Shown: in pieces, positions 21,237 through 38,880 of the stretch
How positions within the stretch are numbered: the stretch's first letter is position 1
How the letters are laid out: every line of letters starts with the position of its first letter
Source of the DNA: Scyliorhinus canicula
Taxonomy: Eukaryota
NCBI RefSeq assembly: GCF_902713615.1
Contig: NC_052166.1
Coordinates: forward strand, 11,496,531-11,560,530
Reading direction: 5' to 3'
Length of the DNA: 64,000 nt
The notes under the pieces: generated by a model
The model's input: only the letters and a program-made list of their open reading frames with translations
Databases searched by the model: none
What the model was told of the DNA's origin: nothing
Translations under genes and position numbers: made by a program

Positions 21237-22022
21237 TGTTGAAGTCAGATTTAGGAAGAAGATTTTGGATAAAGGTACCCTGACTTCGATGCCTGTATAA
21301 GAGGCATATTGTATGAATAGATAGTGTATAAACAATGCATGTGATTTTATAACCTAAGAATTACTAATATTAGAAAGGGCAGATACACAATTAAAGTAAG
21401 TTGCACAAAATGACTGTCAGCGGAGTTAGCAATTCTAAAGACACAAAATGGCCTTTAGCTGAATTAGCCACATTCCTGAGCAACTATTAGCCGGGTCAAG
21501 TAGTAAACTGGTATAAATGACAGCATTTAATTACAGACAGCAGAGATAGCCAGTGAGAAAAAGAAGATTGATATTAAACCATTGAATGGGAAACAGACAT
21601 GGGAGATTCTAGGGAAGCAAGGGAGACATGCACAGAGAAATACAAGGAGCATTGTTCATTCTCGCCAGCCCATGGTCGCCGACGCAGTCAGGAGGGATAA
21701 CTTTACAGTTAGTATGAGTGACTTCTTCATTCAGTCAGGAGCTGGTTAAGGTACCAACCCACGTTGCATAATGTCAACTTTAATTGGATATATAACTAAT
21801 GTATCTAATCTATAATCAATAACATTGGACAAGGTTAAGCTGAAATGGGCTGTGTAGCTGTTTAGAAAAATGTACAAGAATGGATGTTTTCCTTTGTTCG
21901 GTGGAGAGATGGTCTGAGACTTTACCAGACGCCATCTCCCCGCCGGCGAAATAAACCATTTGATGCGAGGACCAGCAGCCCTGGGCGCTGGGTGATTTCT
22001 TTGAGATCCTCTCCCGCTAACA
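21237..22022 (+). mobile_element. ERV 5' LTR, unit B
   Basis: Duplicate of 8676-9461. Confidence 0.8.
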
Positions 22023-25000
22023 GTTTGGTGCAGTGATTCGGATTCTTCCGTCGACCGATATCGTCAGAGACCCGGGTGAGTAAATTTACTCATTATAAAT
22101 ATAAACTTATCCCGGGGACTGGACAGAATTTGGTGGCTAACGAATTCCGAACCTGTGAACAGGGTCTGACCAGCAGTCAAACGGCTGTGGGTAGCTAAGG
22201 TAGGCGTTATCTGGTATTGTCTGAAAGTGCTTAGAGGTGTGGAAAATGTAAGTGACTGACTTGTGATCCGATAAAAAGCCAAGAGATGTGTCGACTACAA
22301 GTTACACTCCAGCAAAAGCCGACCTCTGAGAGTAATTTCCTGATGGGTCTAGTCCCAGGAAATCATGACAAGTAAAACGATAGAGCTCGAGTGGGTACAA
22401 CAGTGGTCCCCTGTGTGTCATCTGGAAACCAGAACAAAAGTTTATCGATAAGATGATTAAATCCAATTTGAACTTTATTGAATGGTGAGGTTTCATGCAA
22501 GGGTGACGCCCCGAATTCACACAAAGTTTAGATCTTCAATCACTATTTAGATTAAAAATACATCTCAAATAAAAAGAAAAGGAATAAAATCAAATAAAAC
22601 TAAATCCAAAATACAGACCTCGGGTTCATTGAGAAATGAGGAGGGGAAGGTACAACGTCCCTTTTCCTCCCCCTGAAGTATTGTAAACCAATTGATCAAA
22701 TGTGGAAGACAGGTGGATTTCAATAGACACACTGCTTCACAGTAAAAAGGGCTGGAACGCTCAATAAGCTTTTTTATTCAGAAATATCCGGGGATGACAG
22801 ATCCACCGAGCCGCGTGCTGTACACCGAAGATGCCCCCCCCCCCCCCCCTCCTCAACAAGAAAAATGAGTAAAGTAAATAGAAGATTAAAGTTAGAATCG
22901 TCACAACTGGGGTTCTGTCTAAAAGAAATTCAGATTGTTTCAAATTTTTAAGATCAGATTTGAGTTTCAGATTAAGCCATTCAAGCCGTCCTGGCCAGTG
23001 CCTCCAAGATAAACTGGGCAGGAATCCAATTCATTTGAGAGAAAAAAACAATAAGGTATCTTTCAAATACTGGGTAAGTAGAGAACATTGGAAATTGATT
23101 TCAGTTCAAAGAACAAGAAAAAAACTTGCGTAAAATTAAAGAAAATAACAAAATAAGTTTTAGATTATGTGAAGGGACGCAATTGCGTTCCAAGTTCTCC
23201 GTCCACTGTCCAACCCTTTCGGTTTTGGAGAGAAATTAACCATTTCAGCAGACAGTTGATCTGTTCTAAATTGTCCCCAAAAAATATACGTCTCTGAGAC
23301 TAGCGAATGCCTATAAAATCAATCATTGGAAATTGACATCAATGGAATACAATAAATATTGTTTTACGAGGAAGGCCAATGGAAGATCTTGTTCAGTATT
23401 TAAATTAAGCGATTGTGAAATTGCTGTCTCTTTGACAATCTGTAGCCATGAGAGAAAGCGAACAGTTAACTATGATATTTGCGAGCTGTGAGAATGTGTG
23501 TGTGTTTGGTTTGTGGCTGTTCATATATCTCTGTAACATTTATCTTCTGAGAAGTTACCTTGAGTTTACAAGGACGTGTACCTAATTAATTTTGGTCAAA
23601 GCACTGAAGCAGGTTCCTTTGTGAGTGTGGTGATATTTGTGTGTCGTCTGATATTGTGATTTCGAGATCATAGTTTGAGTAGTTTAAGTCAAACCGATAA
23701 CAAACTGAAATGTAATTAACAAATCTTTCACTTCGACCGTTAGGACCCAAGATCCATGTTTACTTATGCATTTTTGAAGATCAAATTCAAGAGCGGAAGA
23801 GATGGTCAATGGAAGAGTCCTAGGGAAAATTGGTGTACAGAGAGATCTGGGAGTTCAGGTCCATTATACCCTGAAGGTGGAAACACAGGTCGATAGAGTG
23901 GTCAAAAAGGCATACAGCATGCTTGCCTTCATCAGACGGGGTATTGAGTACAAGAGTCGGCAGGTCATGATACAGTTGTATGGGACTTTGGTTAGGCCAC
24001 ATTTAGAATACTGCGTGCAGTTCTGGTCGCCACATTACCAGAAGGATGTGGATGCTTTAGAGAGGGTGCAGAGCAGGTTCACCAGGATGTTGCCTGGTAT
24101 GGAGGGTGCTAGTTATGAAGAAAGGTTGAGTAGATTAGGATTGTTTTCATTGGAAAGACGGAGGTTGAGGAGATTGAGGTCTACAAAAGTATGAGAGGTA
24201 GGGACAGGGAGGATAGCAACAAGCTTTTTCCAAGAGTGGGCTGTCAATTAAAAGAGGTCACGATTTCAAGATGACAGGGGAAAAGTTTAAGGGAGATGTG
24301 CGTGGAAAGATTTTTACGCAGAGGGTGGTGGGTGCTGGAATGCTTTGCCAGCGCAGGTGGTAGAGGCGGGTACGATAGCATCATTTAAGATGCATCTGGA
24401 CAGATATATGAATGGATGTGGAACAGAGAGAAGTAGACCTTGGAAAAAAGGCAACAGGTTTAGTTAAAGGATCTGGATCAGCGCAGACTGGGAGCGCCAA
24501 AGTGCCTGTTCCTGTGCTGTAATTTTCTTTGTTCTCTGTTGTACTGATGATTCCAGGGTATTTTTGGTGCACAAAGAATGTAAATCAGGATAAAAATTCA
24601 CGTATGCAAGAATAAGAAAATATTAGCTTGATACGCTTCATTGGAAGTTGGGATAGTTGAAATGCATATGTCCAACCCGGTGTTGGATTAGTCAAGGGTT
24701 AAAACTTCCCTGACACAACGCAGAAGGAATAATTCTGAGATTGTAGAACGAAGAGTAAAAGACAGATGGGTAAATAAAATAGGTTCACGATCATGTTTCT
24801 GTTTTAAACAAAAGAACGGTGGTGACAAAATGACGTCTGGTGGAGAACTCTTCCCTTTTCAAACCAGCAGAGAATTGGCCCTTGCTTGTTAATGGATCTG
24901 GTATGTCTCTCTTGTGGGGACCATGAATTGAATTCAATTTGAATCGGTTTTTGGAGCAGGCAAGGAGCTGAATTACGGGTTTTCTCCTGTCCACACTTTG

Positions 25001-28000
25001 GAACTCCGATAAAGTAATTAAAAAAAGCTGAAGATGCATTTTTATTTGGGAATTAGAAACCTTAAGTTTAGAATTGTCAGATATATTCAGATTAGTTAAC
25101 CCACTCTGTCCCAAGCAGAATGGGTCTTTTGTGTTTTACTTTACAAATAACTGCACGTGGAACAAGATTTGTAGTGGCTTCAGGAACTGGAGATAGTGGG
25201 ATGGGGGGTGGGGTGGGGGGGGGGGGGGAGGGGGAGGATATGGCTTATAGTAAGGTGGCTAACTAAACAGGCACAAGCATGTCAGGGTCAGGTTCAAGCG
25301 CTACAGAATCAGGCGTGTAACCACGAGGAAAATCGATATGAAAAGGTTGTTAAAATATGAGAACTATTATCTCGATTTTTTAATAAATGTTTTTATTGGG
25401 TTTTCAAGCATTGTATATTTACAGGTGTACACAAAAAAGAAAAGGGGAAAAACTGAGAAAACATTTTACACAAGATAAAAACAACAACGCTAAATAGTTA
25501 GCGAAATCACGTGACTCACAAGTAAAGAAAAACATGTAGCGGGTGGGGGAGGGGACTGGGAAGGTATAATGGTTCCTTCCATGCTGCTTTCTGGGTCTGA
25601 ACGAGACCTCTATGAGGTACTTCCACTTGACTCTGTCGAAGGCCTTTTCTGCGTCCAGGGAGAGAATCAACTCTGCATTCTGTCCCATGATGGGGCCATT
25701 ATCACGTTCAGCAGGCGTCAGATTTTCAAGGCCAGTGCAGTCGCAAATTTTTAACGGAAGTTGGCCGGAACTCTTCTGGTCGGTCTGCCCCATGGAGTTA
25801 ATACTTTCCATGATCTCACCCAGTGCTAGTGGTGCGTCCAAGCCCTGTTTCCTGTCCTCCCCGATGATAGTTTCAATATAAGCAATCACCATGAGATTAA
25901 TTAAATTTGGTAATGAACTGTCATTGGAAATGAATGTAATTTGAAAATGAATTGTAGTTAATAATGAATTAACTTTTCAATTGAACTGTATTTAATAATG
26001 AATTTGGTAATATTGAGTCATGTATTTTGATTAGAGTCGGACCTTGATTGACCGACAGGTGACTGGAGATGCCAGGCAGGTATTGGTTCGAGTCTGTGAT
26101 TCACCACGCTGTGCGTTCAGGATCAAGAGGTTGGATATGTGGCCATCTAAAATGGCCGACTGTAGTGGATGATGGAAAATGTGGTCAGCTTTGGGACACA
26201 GACAAGCTGCAGCTTATGGATCTTCAAACAACCACTCAGACATATGCAGGAACTGACACCTGCAAATGGCCATTCAAGGCGATTAAAGAAACAATGGGAC
26301 CGTCACATTACCTTCCAGATGAGACGGCACCAAGCTCCTGGTTGGAGCCGCCCAGGATTGACCATTGAGTACCCACCCCAAAAATGATGTGGCAGCCACT
26401 GACTGGATGTGACCAATCAGAGGATGGCGCCCTGAGAATTCATTGACAGGGACCCAGAAAACGCCCTCAAAAGGGGCAGGGAAAACTCAAGCCAGTTAAA
26501 AGACTGATTTCTGTCTCTTTTGGACCGGCTCTAGACCACCAAATGCAGCACAGCTCCGGACATCAGCCACGTTTAAGGACCCGCGACAACTACCGAAAGA
26601 CGACCATCCAACACAGTCAACCCACTCGACCTCTAGCAGCACACGTGAGGAAATGGATAAGAACAAAGAACAAAGAAAAGTACAGCACAGGAACAGGCCC
26701 TTCGGCCCTCCCAGCCTGCGCCGATCCAGATCCTTTATCTAAACCTGTCTCCTATTTTCCAAGGTCTCCTTCCCTCTGTTCCCGCCCATTCATATACCTG
26801 TCTAGATGCTTCTTAAATGATGCTATCGTGCCTGCCTCTACCACCTCCGCTGGTAAAGCGTTCCAGCACCCACCACCCTCTGCGTAAAAAACTTTCCACG
26901 CACATCTCCCTTAAACTTTCCCCCTCTCACCTTGAAATCGTGACCCCTTGTAACTGACACCCCCACTCTTGGGACAAGCTTGTTGCTATCCACCCTGTCC
27001 ATACGTCTCATAATTTTGTAGACCTCAATCAGGTCCCCCCTCAACCTCCGTCTTTCCAACAAAAACAATCCTAATCTACTCAACCTTTCTTCATAGCTAG
27101 CACCCTCCATACCAGGCAACATCCTGGTGAACCTCCTCTGCACCCTCTCCAAGGCATCCACGTCCTTCTGGGGAGCACGGTAGCATGGTGGTTAGCACAA
27201 CTGCTTCACAGCTCCAGGGTCCCAGGTTCGATTCCCGGCTGGGTCACTGTCTGTGCGGAGTCTGCACGTTCTCCCCGTGTGTGCGTGGGTTTCCTCCGGG
27301 TGCTCCGGTTTCCTCCCACAGTCCAAGGATGTGCAGGTTAGGTGGATTGGTCATTGTAAATTGCCCTTAGTGTCCAAAATTGCCCTTAGTGTTGGATGGG
27401 GTTACTGGGTTATGGGGATAGGGTGGAGGCGTGGGCTTGGATAGGGTGCTCTTTCAAAGAGCCGTGCAGACTCGATGGGCCGTTTCTGCACTGTAAATTC
27501 AAATTGGTAAAAAAATTGGTTAAGTCAAGGTCGTTCAAATTGACAGTCATAGTCTTAGAGTATATGAGCGGGTGATTTCTTAAGTATATACTAACATTGT
27601 GACCAATAAATAGATTGTGATTGAACTGAATACGTGTGTGATCACCTTCCGATACACGGGGTACACACACACACTGTGGTTACAAAGAGCTCTGATAGAT
27701 TTCTGATTTAATGGATGGTGAGTGATACATGGAATCGAATGCATACTGATACCCGAAGGATGGAGTATTGCAGAATCTGATATAATTGATGATGCCTAAT
27801 TGATGGGGTCTGATAGGTTCCGGTTTAATAGATTGTGTCTGTTGGATGGGCTCTGATATTTACTGGTTTATCGGATGGTGTATGATGAATGCACTCCGAT
27901 AGTTATTAATTTATTAATTTTAGAAATGGAATTCAGGTGACAGCTAGTCAAATAGATAAGTGTCTGATTGATCTGGGCTGGCCTGATATATCGGGTCTGA

Positions 28001-28209
28001 CAGGCGACGTCTGTTCAGCGGGAAGGTTTGAACTGGGTTTAACTGTTCGGGACTAAATGTCGAGTCTCTGGTGGATGGGGTTTCATTATCTGGACTCAGT
28101 GCGATGTTTTGGCGACTGACAGAAGAGGCCAGTCTCGCTTGCTGTCCGAAGCTCCTCTCATGGTCGACTGTGACCACCACATGGTTCCTCCTTGTACAGA
28201 TTCCAACCA

Positions 28210-28418
28210 GTAAGAAGTCTTACAACACCAGGTTAAAGTCCAACAGGTTTGTTTCAAACAACAGCTTTCGGAGCACGGCTCCTTCTTCAGGTGATCACCT
28301 GAAGAAGGAGCCGTGCTCCGAAAGCTCGTGTTTGAAACAAACATGTTGGACTTTAACCTGGTGTTGTAAGACTTCTTACTGTGCTCACCCCAGTCCAACG
28401 CCGGCATCTCCACATCAT
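28210..28418 (+). mobile_element. Non-autonomous Penelope-like element (inverted pLTR palindrome) with 12-bp TSD
   Basis: Absent from copies 1, 2 and 4. TSD AGATTCCAACCA at 28198-28209 and 28419-28430. Arms of 87 bp at 28208-28294 and 28295-28381, with no spacer and 3 mismatches. Contains a hammerhead motif. Confidence 0.8.
28296..28330 (+). ncRNA. Minimal type I hammerhead ribozyme motif
   Basis: CAC-CTGAAGA-A-GGAGC-CGT-GCTCC-GAA-AGCT-C-GTG: core CUGANGA/GAAA, 5-bp stem II, palindromic AGCT stem III, NUH site CUC (cleavage after 28327), stem I CAC/GTG. Confidence 0.72.
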
Positions 28419-28427
28419 AGATTCCAA

Positions 28428-28547
28428 CCAATCAGCGGCGCGAACCGGCATTCCATTTTATGTTACCGTTTCCCCGAGCAACCACGTCGCATTGTTCTCG
28501 CTGTCCAATCGGAACTCGTGTTTGCTTCACAGAATTCGGTATAAATA
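28428..28547 (+). promoter_or_regulatory. Tubulin copy 3 core promoter
   Basis: CCAAT at 28428-28432 and 28505-28509; TATAAATA at 28540-28547. Confidence 0.78.
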
Positions 28548-28604
28548 GCGCGAGCGGGAAGACACGCAACACATTGAGAGGAGCTGTGAATATAACAGGA
28601 AATT

Positions 28605-32733
<4,129 letters not shown>

Positions 32734-33282
32734 GATCCATTCATTTAGAAATCGTAATGGTTTAACTTAAATTCACATTGGTATTATAAAGTTTATTTAA
32801 GACAATAAAGTATTTAAATTTTCTTTGGAATACTCTCATTATTTGTCTCCGTAACCGGCCGGGCTTGCAAATCGGGATCTGAAGAGAAATATTTGAAGGT
32901 ACAACAGTTTCAATGGACACAGAAAGTAGGTCAAGTGCAACAAGCTCCACAGGGCGCAGGCCGAGAGTCACAGAGCAATTCAATTATCGAAACACTGTCC
33001 TCTGGAATAGGTGGATCGAAAGTATAAAGGGTTTCATTGATTTGTGCCTGAGTTAGTGGCCTCTGTTGGTTTCGGGTTACGAGCAGGAATGCGACTGAGT
33101 TCTGAACAAGCTGGTTATTCGTGATTTGTATTTTTTTGGCCAGTGAGATTGTATTCGCATTTGGAACTTGCTGGAAAGTTTAACGTTTACAATCGTTTGC
33201 AATTACTTTGTAGTTGCGCTATCGCACTAGTCAAATGTTCGCATATGTCGACCAAATATGATACTGAATCCTGGGAGGCTGG

Positions 33283-34068
33283 TGTTGGAGTCAGATTTAG
33301 GAAGAAGATTTTGGATAAAGGTACCCTGACTTCGATGCCTGTATAAGAGGCATCTTGTATGAATAGATAGTGTATAAACAATGCATGTGATTTTATAACC
33401 TAAGAATTACTAATATTAGAAAGGGCAGATACACAATTAAAGTAAGTTGCACAAAATGACTGTCAGCTGAGTTAGCAATTCTAAAGACACAAAATGGCCT
33501 TTAGCTGAATTAGCCACATTCCTGAGTAACTATTAGCCGGGTCAAGTAGTAAACTGGTATAAATGACAGCATTTAATTACAGACAGCAGAGATAGTCAGT
33601 TTGAAAACGAAGATTGATATTAAACCATTGAATGGGAAACAGACATGGGAGATTCTAGGGAGGCAAGGGAGACATGCACAGAGAAATACAAGGAGCATTA
33701 TTCATTCTCGCCAGCCCAAGGTCGCCGACGCAGTCAGGAGGGATAACTTTACAGTTAGTATGAGTGACTTCTTCATTCAGTCAGCAGCTGGTTAAGGTAC
33801 CAACCCACATTGCATAATGTCAACTTTAATTGGATATATAACTAATGTATCTAATCTATAATCAATAACATTGGACAAGGTTCAGCTGAAATGGGCTGTG
33901 TAGCTGTTTAGAAAAATGTACAAGAATGGATGTTTTCCTTTGTTCGGTGGAGAGATGGTCTGAGACTTTACCAGACGCCATGTCCCCGCCGGCGAAATAA
34001 ACCATTTGATGCGAGGACCAGCAGCCCTGGGCGCTGGGTGATTTCTTTGAGATCCTCTCCCGCTAACA
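33283..34068 (+). mobile_element. ERV 5' LTR, unit C
   Basis: Duplicate of 8676-9461. Confidence 0.8.
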
Positions 34069-37000
34069 GTTTGGTGCAGTGATTCGGATTCTTCCGTCGA
34101 CCGATATCGTCAGAGACCCGGGTGAGTAAATTTACTCATTATAAATATAAACTTATCCCGGGGACTGGACAGAATTTGGCGGCTAACGAATTCCGAACCT
34201 GTGAACAGGGTCTGACCAGCAGTCAAACGGCTGTGGGTAGCTAAGGTAGGCGTTATCTGGTATTGTCTGAAAGTGCTTAGAGGTGTGGAAAATGTAAGTG
34301 ACTGACTTGTGATCCGATAAAAAGCCAAGAGATGTGTCGACTACAAGTTACACTCCAGCAAAAGCCGACCTCTGAGAGTAATTTCCTGATGGGTCTAGTC
34401 CCAGGAAATCATGACAAGTAAAACGATAGAGCTCGAGTGGGTACAACAGTGGTCCCCTGTGTGTCATCTGGAAACCAGAACAAAAGTTTATCGATAAGAT
34501 GATTAAATCCAATTTGAACTTTATTGAATGGTGAGGTTTCATGCAAGGGTGACGCCCCGAATTCACACAAAGTTTAGATCTTCAATCACTATTTAGATTA
34601 AAAATACATCTCAAATAAAAAGAAAAGGAATAAAATCAAATAAAACTAAATCCAAAATACAGACCTCGGGTTCATTGAGAAATGAGGAGGGGAAGGTACA
34701 ACGTCCCTTTTCCTCCCCCTGAAGTATTGTAAACCAATTGATCAAATGTGGAAGACAGGTGGATTTCAATAGACACACTGCTTCACAGTAAAAAGGGCTG
34801 GAACGCTCAATAAGCTTTTTTATTCAGAAATATCCGGGGATGACAGATCCACCGAGCCGCGTGCTGTACACCGAAGATGACCCCCCCCCCCCCCCCCCCC
34901 CCACCCCGCTCTACAAGAAAAATGAGTAAAGTAAATAGAAGATTAAAGTTAGAATCGCCACAACTGGGGTTCTGTCTAAAAGAAATTCAGATTGTTTCAA
35001 ATTTTTAAGATCAGATTTGAGTTTCAGATTAAGCCATTCAAGCCGTCCTGGCCAGTGCCTCCAAGATAAACTGGGCAGGAATCCAATTCATTTGAGAGAA
35101 AAAACAATAAGGTATCTTTCAAATACTGTGTAAGTAGAGAACATTGGAAATTGATTTCAGTTCAAAGAACAAGAAAAAAACTTGCGTAAAATTAAAGAAA
35201 ATAACAAAATAAGTTTTAGATTATGTGAAGGGACGCAATTGCGTTCCAAGTTCTCCGTCTACTGTCCAACCCTTTCGGTTTTGGAGAGAAATTAACCATT
35301 TCAGCAGACAGTTGATCTGTTCTAAATTGTCCCCAAAAAATATACGTCTCTGAGACTAGCGAATGCCTATAAAATCAATCATTGGAAATTGACATCAATG
35401 GAATACAATAAATATTTTTTTACGAGGAAGGCCAATGGAAGATCTTGTTCATTATTTGAATTAAGCGATTGTGAAATTGCTGTCTCTTTGACAATCTGTA
35501 GCCATGAGAGAAAGCGAACAGTTAACTATGATATTTGCGAGCTGTGAGAATGTGTGTGTGTTTGGTTTGTGGCTGTTCATATATCTCTGTAACATTTATC
35601 TTCTGAGAAGTTACCTTGAGTTTACAAGGACGTGTACCTAATTAATTTTGGTCAAAGCACTGAAGCAGGTTCCTTTGTGAGTGTGGTGATATTTGTGTGT
35701 CGTCTGATATTGTGATTTCGAGATCATAGTTTGAGTAGTTTAAGTCAAACCGATAACAAACTGAAATGTAATTAACAAATCTTTCACTTCGACCGTTAGG
35801 ACCCAAGATCCATGTTTACTTATGCATTTTTGAAGATCAAATTCAAGAGCGGACGAGATGGTCAATGGAAGAGTCCTAGGGAAAATTGGTGTACAGAGAG
35901 ATCTGGGAGTTCAGGTCCATTATACCCTGAAGGTGGAAACACAGGTCGATAGAGTGGTCAAGAAGGCATACAGCATGCCTGCCTTCATCAGACGGGGTAT
36001 TGAGTACAAGAGTCGGCAGGTCATGATACAGTTGTATGGGACTTTGGTTAGGCCACATTTAGAATACTGCGTGCAGTTCTGGTCGCCACATTACCAGAAG
36101 GATGTGGATGCTTTAGAGAGGGTGCAGAGCAGGTTCACCAGGATGTTGCCTGGTATGGAGGGTGCTAGTTATGAAGAAAGGTTGAGTAGATTAGGATTGT
36201 TTTCATTGGAAAGACGGAGGTTGAGGGGAGACCTGATTGAGATCCACAAAAGTATGAGAGGTAGGGACAGGGAGGATAGCAACAAGCTTTTTCCAAGAGT
36301 GGGGCTGTCAATTAAAAGGGGTCACGATTTCAAGGTGACAGGGGAAAAGTTTAAGGGAGATGTGCGTGGAAAGATTTTTACGCAGAGGGTGGTGGGTGCT
36401 GGAATGCTTTGCCAGCGCAGGTGGTCGAGGCGGGTACGATAGCATCATTTAAGATGCATCTGGACAGATATATGAATGGGTGTGGAACAGAGAGAAGTAG
36501 ACCTTGGAAAATAGGCAACAGGTTTAGTTAAAGGATCTGGATCGGCGCAGGCTGGGAGCGCCGAAGTGCCTGTTCCTGTGCTGTAATTTTCTTTGTTCTC
36601 TGTTGTACTGATGATTCCAGGGTATTTTTGGTGCATGAAGAATGTAAATCAGGATAAAAATTCACGTATGCAAGAATAAGAAAATATTAGCTTGATACGG
36701 TTCATTGGAAGCTGGGATAGTTGAAATGCATATGTCCAACCCGGTGTTGGATTAGTCAAGGGTTAAAACTTCCCTGACACAACGCAGATGGAATAATTCT
36801 GAGATTGTAGAACGAAGAGTAAAAGACAGATGGGTAAATAAAATAGGTTCACGATCATGTTTCTGTTTTAATCAAAAGAACGGTGGTGACAAAATTACGT
36901 CTGGTGGAGAACTCTTCCCTTTTCAAACCAGCAGAGAATTGGCCCTTGCTTGTTAATGGATCTGGTATGTCTCTCTTGTGGGGACCATGAATTGAATTCA

Positions 37001-37279
37001 ATTTGAATCGGTTTTTGGAGCAGGCAAGGAGCTGAATTAGGGGTTTTCCCCTGTCCACACTCTGAGCTCTGCCTTTGGAACTCCGATAAAGTAATAAAAA
37101 AAAGCTGAAGATGCATTTTTATTTGGGAATTAGAAACCTTAAGTTTAGAATTGTCAGATATATTCAGATTAGTTAACCCACTCTGTCCCAAGCAGAATGG
37201 GTCTTTTGTGTTTTACTTTACAAATAACTGCACGTGGAACAAGATTTGTAGTGGCTTCAGGAACTGGAGATAGTGGGAT

Positions 37280-37314
<35 letters not shown>

Positions 37315-38169
37315 GGATATGGCTTATAGTAAGGTGGCTAACTAAACAGGCACAAGCATGTCAGGGTCAGGTTCAAGCGCTACAGAATCAGGCGTGTAAC
37401 CACGAGGATAATCGATATGAAAAGGTTGTTAAAATATGAGAACTATTATCTCGATTTTTTTAATAAATGTTTTTATTGGGTTTTCAAGCATTGTATATTT
37501 ACAGGTGTACACAAAAAAGAAAAAAGGGAAAAACTGAGAAGACATTTTACACAAGATAAAAACAACAACGCTAAATAGTTAGCGAAATCACGTGACTCAC
37601 AAGTAAAGACAAACATGTAGTGGGTGGGGGAGGGGACTGGGAAGGTATATATGATGGTTCCTTCCATGCTGCTTTCTGGGTCTGAAATGTAGAGGAGCAG
37701 GTCTACTGCACAGAGCGAGACCTCTATGAGGTACTTCCACTTGACTCTGTCGAAGGCCTTTTCTGCGTCCAGGGAGATAATCAACTCTGCGTTCTGTCCC
37801 ATGATGGGGCCATTATCACGTTCAGCAGGCGTCAGATCTTCAAGGCCAGTGCAGTCGCAAATTTTTAACGGAAGTTGGCCGGGAACTCTTCTGGTCGGTC
37901 TGCCTCATGGAGTTAATACTTTCCATGATCTCACCCAGTGCTAGTGGTGCGTCCAAGCCCTGTTTCCTGTCCTCCCCGATGACTGGCATGTCCATCGAGG
38001 AACCGTTTCATCCCTGCTGGGGGTGTGTGAGGTGAACAGCCCTTGGTAGAAGGCCTCGAAGGTTTTGTTGACCATTTCTGGGTCTGTCTCTATTGTGCAT
38101 CTGTTGTCCCGGATTCGTCACCAGGTGTTAGGTGTTGTCCATATAAAGCTTTTCCTGTCCAGGCCGAAC

Positions 38170-38880
38170 ACGTCTGTTATTCAGGGGATGGTATATGCAA
38201 CAGAAGAGGGCCTAACAAAGGGAAACCCCGGAGTGCATCCAACAGGTAAGTAAGGTTAATCCCAGAGGAACGGGGGACAGAAGCCCCCCACCAGGATAGT
38301 GACATGGAAAGTAAGCGGACTCAACAGCCCAGTGAAAAGATCCAGAGCCCTCACCCACCTAAGAAACATGAAAACCGACATAGTCTTCCTCCAAGAGATG
38401 CACCCGAGAGAGAAGGACCGACTGTGGATAAGGAAGGGCTGGGTGGGACAGACCTACCATTCCTGTTATGGGACGAGAGCCAGGGGGTGGCACTGTTATC
38501 AGTGGGAGGACAATGTTTAGGGTGACGAAGATGGTTACGAACCCAGGAGGATGGTACATCTTGGCCAGTGGAGCACTGGGCGGGGCACAGGTACTTCCAG
38601 TTAAAGTGTACGCTCCCAACTGGGATGACACAAAATTAATTAAAAAGGTCATGACAGAAGTCCCCGACATAGCAACGTACTTACTAATCATTAAGGGGGC
38701 AGGCTCCAATGACTGACAGATCAATCCCCAAAACAGTGAAGAACTCAAACATGGCAAAGAAACTCTGTCTTTTACGGAACAGAAGGGGACGATGGACCCT
38801 TGGAGGTTCACCCACCCAGGAGAAAAGGAGATATCCTTCTCCCCAGTACACAACGTATATACCAGAATTCACTTTTTTGT
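38170..38880 (+). mobile_element. L1-clade ORF2 endonuclease remnant (continues at 42263-42385)
   Basis: Translation IVTWKVSGLNSPVKR...DIVFLQE, VYAPN and DPWRFTHPGEKEISFS; after the Rex1 insertion it resumes with FWEVLKATIRGEII. Confidence 0.8.

Noticed and set aside
28208-28381. Palindrome read as a MITE or miRNA hairpin
   Set aside because: The asymmetric extension, spacerless centre, 12-bp TSD and hammerhead core fit a Penelope-like inverted pLTR better.
37278-37313. Poly-G runs that vary between units (G-quadruplex candidates, poly-Gly ORF)
   Set aside because: Homopolymer lengths are unstable and error-prone, and there is no evidence of function.
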